Shown here: positions 35,466 through 41,541 of the stretch, piece by piece
Layout: the number at the start of each line of letters is the position of its first letter
Position numbering within the stretch: position 1 is the first letter of the stretch
Sequence record: SRR22947725_4321
Reading direction: 5' to 3' (one strand)
DNA length: 41,541 nucleotides
Program-made: the position numbers and the translations under genes
The notes under the pieces: generated by a model
What the model was told of the DNA's origin: nothing
What the model saw: only the letters and a program-made list of their open reading frames with translations
Databases searched by the model: none

Positions 35466-35669
35466 ATGGCAACCACAGGTACGGTCAAGTTTTTTAATGA
35501 CGAGAAGGGCTTCGGCTTCATCTCACGTGACGACGGCGACGACGTCTTCGTGCACTACTCCAACATCTCCGGCACTGGCCGCCGATCGCTCAACGATGGT
35601 GACACCGTCGAGTTCGACATCGCGCCAGGTCGCAAAGGCCCCGAGGCCGTCGACGTCAAAGTCGTCTGA
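35466..35669 (+). CDS. cold-shock protein
   Basis: [42 protein letters not shown]. Confidence 0.96.
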   Translation: MATTGTVKFFNDEKGFGFISRDDGDDVFVHYSNISGTGRRSLNDGDTVEFDIAPGRKGPEAVDVKVV

Positions 35670-35682
35670 GGAGGCGATTTGA

Positions 35683-36000
35683 TTGGCCTCTAGCCCACAG
35701 TCATACCAGAAGCGACAACGCGAACTCCGGAAGAAAGAGCGGAAGGCCGAAAAGCAGGCCATCCGCCACGGAAAGACCGCTGCGAAGAAGGAAGACGACG
35801 GTTCCGATGCTCCCGATGAGGACGCGTTGCTCGAAGAGTTTCGCGTCCTGAACGAGAGTTTCGCCAAGGGTGAGGTCAGCCAGGACGACTTCGATTACCG
35901 CAAGGCAGAGATTTTTCACGCCATGGGTCTGGGTGACGCACCCGAACCCAGAGAAGGTGATGAAGAAGCTGTAGACGAAGCGGCCGAGTCGGCCGACTGA
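35683..36000 (+). CDS. small charged hypothetical protein (basic N-terminus, acidic C-terminus), probably co-transcribed with csp
   Basis: GAGGAGG RBS before TTG; QSYQKRQRELRKKERKAEKQA. Confidence 0.7.
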   Translation: MASSPQSYQKRQRELRKKERKAEKQAIRHGKTAAKKEDDGSDAPDEDALLEEFRVLNESFAKGEVSQDDFDYRKAEIFHAMGLGDAPEPREGDEEAVDEAAESAD

Positions 36001-36020
36001 TACTTATCGTCTGAATTCTG

Positions 36021-36062
36021 CGATGACTCCCGTGCTCCGGCGCGGGGGTCGTCGTCGTTTTC
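36021..36062 (+). terminator. intrinsic terminator
   Basis: CGATGACTCCCGTGC-tccg-GCGCGGGGGTCGTCG followed by TCGTTTT. Confidence 0.7.
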
Positions 36063-36158
36063 GGACCTGGCGTGCCGAGCGACTCAGTTGCCGGTGCATG
36101 GCGCAGGTCGCCGGTTGGCTTTTGGAATGACCTGGAGGTTGCGTAGGTTGTTCTGCAC

Positions 36159-37922
36159 ATGACTGCTCTTGCGCACGATGATCCGACGCTCTACGACCTG
36201 GTGATCATCGGGGGTTCGGCAGGCGGGCTCTCCGTGGCGATCTCATCGCTGCGCTCTGGGCTTGACCGCATTCGCATCCTCGAGTCCGCGGGCCGCGTCG
36301 CGCTGCCCGATCTGATCGGCCCGAATCAGCTTGATGTGGGCTTCGGTGAAGTCGTCACCTCAGTTGACGTCGTGGGTGACCACCTGGTGGTCGACACCAA
36401 CCGACTGAGCTACCGAACGCGTGCCGTGCTGGTAGCTGACCGGCGCGATAGCGCAGGCTGGAAGCCGCCGATTCCGCTGCCCGAAACCGATCGCATCCAC
36501 ATCGATCGCTTCAACGCCGGCACCGATCAGGACATCTTGGTCGTCGGCCTTTCCGACCATGCAGTGGAATTGACCGCGCAGTACGCCGATGGCGGCAACC
36601 GGATGGTGCTTGCCGCCAGTGGCATGGACCCGACGTTGCTCTCGCCTGCGGGCGCCAGCGTCCTGCGCAAGCTCGAACGCGATCGTCAGGCCACGTTGCT
36701 GTATCGGTCAACCCCGCAGCACATCACGTTGGAGGGTGAGTTCCCCATGGCCGAGTTCGGCGACCGCCGGACCCCCGATCTGCAGTTCGACCACATCGTG
36801 TTTGCCTCCCCGCGCGTCGCGCTGACGCCGGACGATGTTGGTGTCACTGCAGCTGCGATCGACTCCGGCAAAGTGTGGTTCATCGGCGATCCAGGTCCAG
36901 ATGTACCTGTGACCACGGCGCCCGGGTGGCAGGTCGGCGTGGCGCTTGCCGAGGCGTGCTTCCCCGAGATCGACCCACCGCCGCCGCCTTCGTCGATCGA
37001 ACGGCGTGCCCGTCACGTGGGGGCCATCGAGGAGTTGCGCGAGGAGCACTACAACGCCACGATCACCTACTTCGAGCCGACGCACTCCGACCTTTGGGTG
37101 TTGCGCGTCAAGCCGGACAACGGTGACACCTCGTACCTACCCGGCCAGTACGCATCGCTCGGATTGGGGTACTGGGAAGAGCGGATCGACGACGCTGATG
37201 ACCCAGAGGCCGAGAAGCGGTGGGACAAGCTGATCCGTCGCTCGTATTCGATCTCCTCGCGAATCTTCGACGACTACGGCTACCTGACCGATGAGAACGG
37301 CCTCGACGAACTCGAGTTCTACATCGTTCTCGTTCCACCCACGTCTGACAACACTCCGGCGCTCACGCCGCGTCTTGCGTTGAAGCAGACTGGCGATCGC
37401 ATTTACCTCGGCCCGAAGGTCGCGGGCCGGTACACGCTCAACTCCGTGCACGATCCGAAGGCCGAGATCGTGTTCTTCTCCACGGGAACAGGTGAAGCCC
37501 CGCACAACGGCATGGTCATCGATCTGCTGCGCAAGGGCCACACCGGCCCGATCATCTCGGCGGTCACGGTGCGCCAGAACGCTGACCTCGGATACGCCGA
37601 CAAGCACCATGAGCTCGAAGCCCGGTACCCGAACTACCACTACATGCCGATGCCGACTCGTGAGGAAGGCATCCCGAAGCGATATCTGCAGGACCTGCTG
37701 CGCGACAACGACTTCTCCGAGAAGCTCGGCGTCACGCTGTCACCGGACACCAGCCACATCTTCCTGTGCGGTAACCCGGCAATGATCGGACTCCCTGAAG
37801 AAGTTGACGGGGAGCAAGTCTTCCCTGAGACCACCGGCGTCGTCGAGTTGCTCGTGAAGCAGGGCTTCACCACCGATCGTCGCAACGCGCCGGGCAACAT
37901 CCACTACGAGGAATACTGGTAG
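36159..37922 (+). CDS. fusion of a degenerate TrxB-like FAD-binding module and a bacterial ferredoxin/flavodoxin-NADP+ reductase
   Basis: N-terminal YDLVIIGGSAGG. C-terminal FNR motifs PGQY..LG, RRSYSISS, STGTGEAP, LCGNPAMI and terminal HYEEYW. Confidence 0.8.
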   Translation: MTALAHDDPTLYDLVIIGGSAGGLSVAISSLRSGLDRIRILESAGRVALPDLIGPNQLDVGFGEVVTSVDVVGDHLVVDTNRLSYRTRAVLVADRRDSAGWKPPIPLPETDRIHIDRFNAGTDQDILVVGLSDHAVELTAQYADGGNRMVLAASGMDPTLLSPAGASVLRKLERDRQATLLYRSTPQHITLEGEFPMAEFGDRRTPDLQFDHIVFASPRVALTPDDVGVTAAAIDSGKVWFIGDPGPDVPVTTAPGWQVGVALAEACFPEIDPPPPPSSIERRARHVGAIEELREEHYNATITYFEPTHSDLWVLRVKPDNGDTSYLPGQYASLGLGYWEERIDDADDPEAEKRWDKLIRRSYSISSRIFDDYGYLTDENGLDELEFYIVLVPPTSDNTPALTPRLALKQTGDRIYLGPKVAGRYTLNSVHDPKAEIVFFSTGTGEAPHNGMVIDLLRKGHTGPIISAVTVRQNADLGYADKHHELEARYPNYHYMPMPTREEGIPKRYLQDLLRDNDFSEKLGVTLSPDTSHIFLCGNPAMIGLPEEVDGEQVFPETTGVVELLVKQGFTTDRRNAPGNIHYEEYW

Positions 37923-37931
37923 GAGCACGCC

Positions 37932-38204
37932 ATGAAGATCAGCATCACGTATTGCCTGGCTTGAAACTATTGGCCTCACGCCGTGCGCGTGACCGATGAA
38001 GTCATGGCCGCTTACCAGCACAAGGTGAGCGAGATCACACTCATCCCTGGTGGCGGCGGTGTGTTCGACGTGGTCGTCGAGCGCGATGGACAGCGCGACA
38101 CGATTTACTCGAAGCACGAGACTGGTCGCCAGGCCAACGTGGGCGAAGTGGTGGCTGCACTCGAAGCGATGCTCCCGGCGGGGACGCTTCGCTACGGCAC
38201 CTGA
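37932..38204 (+). CDS. Rdx/SelW/SelT-family selenoprotein (CLAU, U11), 90 aa
   Basis: AGGAG RBS, ATG 37932: MKISITYCLA-TGA(37962-37964)-NYWPHAVRV...LIPGGGGVFDV...IYSKHETGR. Classic Rdx YCxxU and GGVFxV motifs. Confidence 0.92.
37965..37997 (+). promoter_or_regulatory. candidate SECIS of the Rdx gene
   Basis: ATTGG/CCGAT lower stem, TCACGC/GCGTGA upper stem, loop CGTGC with G at +19. Confidence 0.7.
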
Positions 38205-39517
38205 AGAGGATCTTCAGCGAGCAGCGCGTCGGCCATTTCGGCGGCGTCGAAGATCTGCGATAAGGAGATGGCCACCGTGGCGAGGTTGCGACTGGCACAT
38301 GCTTCGAGGACGCCGTCGATCATCGTCTCGTCGACGGGGAGGAAGCCGCCGTAGGACCGATGGGTTGGACCGACCGGCAGCGGTCGCCCGCAAATCAGGG
38401 TGCCGGCTTCGAGCGGTTGCTCGGGCACGGTGCCGACGATGGTGACGCGGTCGCGGCTGCGCATTTCGATGAGGTCCAGCTCGGCATGGGTCGACTTCTT
38501 GACGCGGAACACGCTGCGTGGGGCGTCGATCCAACGCTCGGCGAGTTCGACCTCGTCCGCCGGGAGCACAGCGCTCTTTGCCATCAGGAAACGGCTCGCG
38601 ACGTTGCCTTCGTGGAGTGCGATGTCGGTTGGGATGTAGGACGACTCGAGCATCTCGAACAGGTCTGATGTTTCGAGACTGCTCGTCATTTCCGCGACGA
38701 CGGCGTCAGGCAGGGACGGGTTGGTGAGCTGCATGAACCGCATCATCTTGAGGTACAGCCAGGCGGCTCGGTCGTTGAGCGAGTGCAGCTCATTGCCGAG
38801 ATGGCAGTGCTTGTACTTCTTGCCCGAGCCACACGGGCAGGTGTCGTTTCGGCCAGCGATCTGCTTGGGTCGCAGCGCAGCGAACGGGGCGATCTCTTCG
38901 GCAAGCTCGGGACCGAGACCCTGCTCGCTCGTGATCGGGTCGTAGGCGGCATCAAGGTCGATCTCGGTGTTCACGCCTGCAGCCCGCAGGAGGTCACGCG
39001 CCTCAATCGGGTTGCTGCCGTCAGCTTGGAGTGCAGCAAGGTCGATCAGGACGGCGGCGTGGCCGCTGTCGCGGACCGACTCAAGCAATCGGGTGGACTC
39101 GTCGGAGTCCAGTCGAAGCGCCGCCTGGCGTGACAAGAGCCAACTGACGCCGGGCTGGCCACCTTCGAGTGAGCCCATGATTTCATCGACGAACGGCTGC
39201 AACACGTCACCAGTGAGGCCTTCCTCGGACCAGGCGTCCCATGCGGCAAGCGCGATCGGCGGGTCATTGAGCGCTTGGGTGAACAGTGCCAGCGCCTGGC
39301 TCCGCTCGGTCGCGTCGTCGCCGAGCGCTGGGTCGCCGTCCTGAGCGAAGAGCGAGGCAGCTCCGGTGAGCAGCATGAAGAGTTGCGTCTGCTCATCATC
39401 GAAACCGAATCGCATCGCGAGTCGTTCTGCCGCGTCCGATTCGATCGCGTCATCGAGATCGTCGGTCGATGGCGCGTCGGATTCGGTGTCGATCTCGGGC
39501 GAGGCGTCATCGGTCAT
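38192..39517 (-). CDS. SEC-C metal-binding motif protein
   Basis: GRNDTCPCGSGKKYKHCHL in mid-protein, helical N-terminus. Overlaps the Rdx 3' end convergently by 13 bp. Confidence 0.85.
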   Translation of the reverse strand: MTDDASPEIDTESDAPSTDDLDDAIESDAAERLAMRFGFDDEQTQLFMLLTGAASLFAQDGDPALGDDATERSQALALFTQALNDPPIALAAWDAWSEEGLTGDVLQPFVDEIMGSLEGGQPGVSWLLSRQAALRLDSDESTRLLESVRDSGHAAVLIDLAALQADGSNPIEARDLLRAAGVNTEIDLDAAYDPITSEQGLGPELAEEIAPFAALRPKQIAGRNDTCPCGSGKKYKHCHLGNELHSLNDRAAWLYLKMMRFMQLTNPSLPDAVVAEMTSSLETSDLFEMLESSYIPTDIALHEGNVASRFLMAKSAVLPADEVELAERWIDAPRSVFRVKKSTHAELDLIEMRSRDRVTIVGTVPEQPLEAGTLICGRPLPVGPTHRSYGGFLPVDETMIDGVLEACASRNLATVAISLSQIFDAAEMADALLAEDPLQVP

Positions 39518-39598
39518 GGCTGCAGCCTGCCGTGGAGCTGCCCGACTCGCACTCGAGTCGCCGATGGAGCCGCCTTCGCTGCGACGCCGGCGTTGCCA

Positions 39599-40000
39599 TC
39601 AGCCGCCGAGGATGGCAAAGGTGCCCGAACTGGTGGCGACGAGCCGGTCATCGCCGTCGTGCACTCGCGCTTCGAGGTGCACGATGCTGCGACCGCGCTT
39701 CACGACCGTGGCCTCGGCAATCAGCTCACCCTCCGATGCTGGCCGGATAAAACGAAGCGACAGCTCGACGCTCGCGCAGTACAGATTGTCGTCGATCACG
39801 CTCATTGTCGCCTTGCCCATCGCTGTATCGACCAATGCAAACAGGACGGCGCCGTGCGCCACGCCGTTGGGGTTGGCGTGCTGAGCACCGAGGTGGAGGG
39901 TCGCGGTTCCGGTACCCGTCGTGGTTCCGGACAACTCCATGCCGAGATACTCCTGCAGCGGAAAACTTGTTGCGCTGGTGCTGTCCGCCTCGTCGCTCAT
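39599..40000 (-). CDS. PaaI-family thioesterase
   Basis: NPNGVAHGAVLFALVDTAMG, SVELSLRFIRP, VKRGRS, LVATSSGTF. Confidence 0.92.
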   Translation of the reverse strand: MSDEADSTSATSFPLQEYLGMELSGTTTGTGTATLHLGAQHANPNGVAHGAVLFALVDTAMGKATMSVIDDNLYCASVELSLRFIRPASEGELIAEATVVKRGRSIVHLEARVHDGDDRLVATSSGTFAILGG

Positions 40001-40035
40001 GGTGCGCGAACTTACTGACCGCGGGTGACGAGTTG

Positions 40036-41112
40036 TCAGCCGAAGAGTTGGTGCACTGCGGTCGGCATGGTGGGCGCCGGCTGGAGGTCGGCTGAGTTCG
40101 CCGAGCCGGCGAAGCGGTTGATGTCGAGGGATTCGCGGTCGGTGATCGATGCGGTGAAAACACCGGCGTCGAGCTGGATGCCGGTGCCGTCGGCGACGCG
40201 CACCAGTCCGTTGAAGATCGCGATGATCGCTGCCGCTTCGGTTGTTGCCTCGGCCCCGATCGCTGCGGCGAGCGCGGCGCGTGTCTGGTCGATGTCGCCG
40301 CGGCCCAGCTCGACAGCGTTCGTGAACGCCAGCAGCTCTGCGCTGGCGGGGACGCCGACGTCACCGATGTGGTCGGCATCGAGCGCTCCTTCGAGGTCGA
40401 TGTGCAGTCCGTTCGCTTCGCCACTCACACGGAGCAGCGTGGTGTGCGAGGTCGTTCAATAGAAGCACTCGTTGAGCGCAGTTGATCGTGTCGCCACCAG
40501 CTCGGCCTGCGGCCGGGAGAGCGGGAAGTCCCACTGCATGTTCATGAACTCGGCGCCGTGTGAGTAGTGCGTGTCAACGAGTTGCCGCCACGCCTGATTG
40601 GTCACCGGCACGAGGCTGAGTGTCCGGCTGACGTTGGCCGCGGTCGGCCCGACTGTCTGGCTGACCCAGGCGCCGATATCGCCGACGTCGTCAGGACGTA
40701 CCTGCGTTGGCTCGCCAGCGGCGGGTGTTGGGAGCGGCAGTTCAGGGCGACCCATTGCCCGCTGGAACCGGTCGATGACCGTGACGATCGCCGTGACGCC
40801 GATCAGCTCCGTGTAGGTCTCTTCGCCGATTGCAGCGATCTGTTCGGCGGCCCACGACCGTGTGAGCCGACCTGGATCTGACGCTGTGCGGTGCACGACC
40901 TCCATCGCTGGCGCTGAAAGTTCAGCGGTGCCCGCGTGCGAACCGCTGACCGCGTTTGGCGACAGTGCCCGTCGCCGCTCTTGATCGAGCTCGTTGGTAT
41001 CGGCCGCTCGCGTTTCTCGCCACGCGGCGATGCGCTGTGCGCCGGTCAACCAATCACCGGGACTGGCAATCGCCTCGGTCGCCGAACGCTGTGCTTCGTC
41101 GATGCTGCTCAT
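40036..41112 (-). CDS. AhpD/carboxymuconolactone-decarboxylase-like selenoprotein (CFYUT, U219), 358 aa
   Basis: Track ORFs 40456-41112 and 40036-40428 share a frame, joined by nine sense codons after TGA(40458-40456): LSRPQAELVATRSTALNECFY-U-TTSHTTLLRVSGE. This matches the AhpD pattern E-x-x-A...N-x-C-x-x-C-x-x-x-H. The downstream half has FNGLVRVADGTGI. Confidence 0.9.
40418..40455 (-). promoter_or_regulatory. candidate SECIS of the AhpD-like gene
   Basis: After the UGA, either CACG-ctgctc-CGTG (+15 to +28) or a 7-bp CTCGCAC/GTGTGAG stem can form. Confidence 0.45.
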
Positions 41113-41195
41113 GTACGAACAGTAGTGACATCGTTCGGAGCCGCTCGACGCCGCGCGGTCCTGCTGGATCGTCGGAGGCGATGCGCTGCTGAGGT

Positions 41196-41541
41196 TCAGG
41201 CGTCGATGGTGGCGAAGAATCGAGCGAGGCTGTCGGGATCGAACCGTGCGGTGAGGTGGTGATCGGCATCGTGTCCGAGGTCGAGTGCTGGGCAGAAGAA
41301 GTTGGTGTCGCCCACCCAGAAGTGCGGTGAACCGCTGACCCCACGGGCCAGTCCGTCCTCGTAGTCGGCGCGCACTGCAATGCTCTCGTCGTGCGGGGTG
41401 ACACCGTGTTGGGCTGCAATGTCTGCCAGTAGGCCAGGGTCACTGACATCGCGTCCCTGCTCGAATACCGCAACGCGTAATGCGAGGCTGACGGCCAGGC
41501 CCGTCGCTGGATCGAGGTCGTATGCGGCTGCGACGAGTTCG
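41196..41541 (-). CDS. DsbA/FrnE-family thioredoxin-fold protein, C-terminal part (5' end outside the window)
   Basis: Not in the ORF track. Open frame ...SLALRVAVFEQGRDVSDP.LLADIA...VRADYEDGLARGVSGSPHFWV...FFCP...TIDA-TGA(41198-41196), with the cis-Pro motif GVxGSPHF. Confidence 0.8.
   Translation of the reverse strand, partial: ELVAAAYDLDPATGLAVSLALRVAVFEQGRDVSDPGLLADIAAQHGVTPHDESIAVRADYEDGLARGVSGSPHFWVGDTNFFCPALDLGHDADHHLTARFDPDSLARFFATIDA

Noticed and set aside
1-41541. Sec machinery (selA, selB, selD, tRNA-Sec), tRNA/rRNA genes, prophage or defence genes
   Set aside because: None recognisable in this window. The Sec machinery must lie elsewhere if the selenoprotein calls are right.

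Overview
GC-rich actinobacterial chromosomal segment. Gene content and style suggest Acidimicrobiia (Ilumatobacter-like), which is an inference. The left end carries the conserved rpsF-ssb-rpsR-rplI-dnaB block, with a DnaA-box cluster in front of dnaB. The middle is a mosaic of lipid and CoA catabolism genes: three acyl-CoA dehydrogenases, a thiolase, an enoyl-CoA hydratase, an acyl-CoA ligase, an SDR, MaoC and PaaI thioesterases. It also holds an AceE-like TPP enzyme, Nei, a beta-propeller lipoprotein and an A-T-acyltransferase NRPS-like gene. The right end is a thiol/selenol redox region. The main signal, which the ORF track breaks up, is five in-frame TGA codons in four genes. All five sit at catalytic-cysteine positions and are followed by SECIS-like hairpins, so these look like selenoproteins: an Rdx/SelW-like protein (CxxU), an AhpD-like protein (CFYUT), an Rv2466c/DsbA-like protein (UPFC, also carrying a TGG>TAG stop) and, most unusual, a linalool dehydratase/isomerase-like protein whose two catalytic Cys appear both to be Sec (U-E-N-T-K-V-W-P-F-U). 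No selA/B/C/D, tRNA, rRNA, CRISPR array or transposase was seen. All family assignments come from motif recognition by eye, not database searches.
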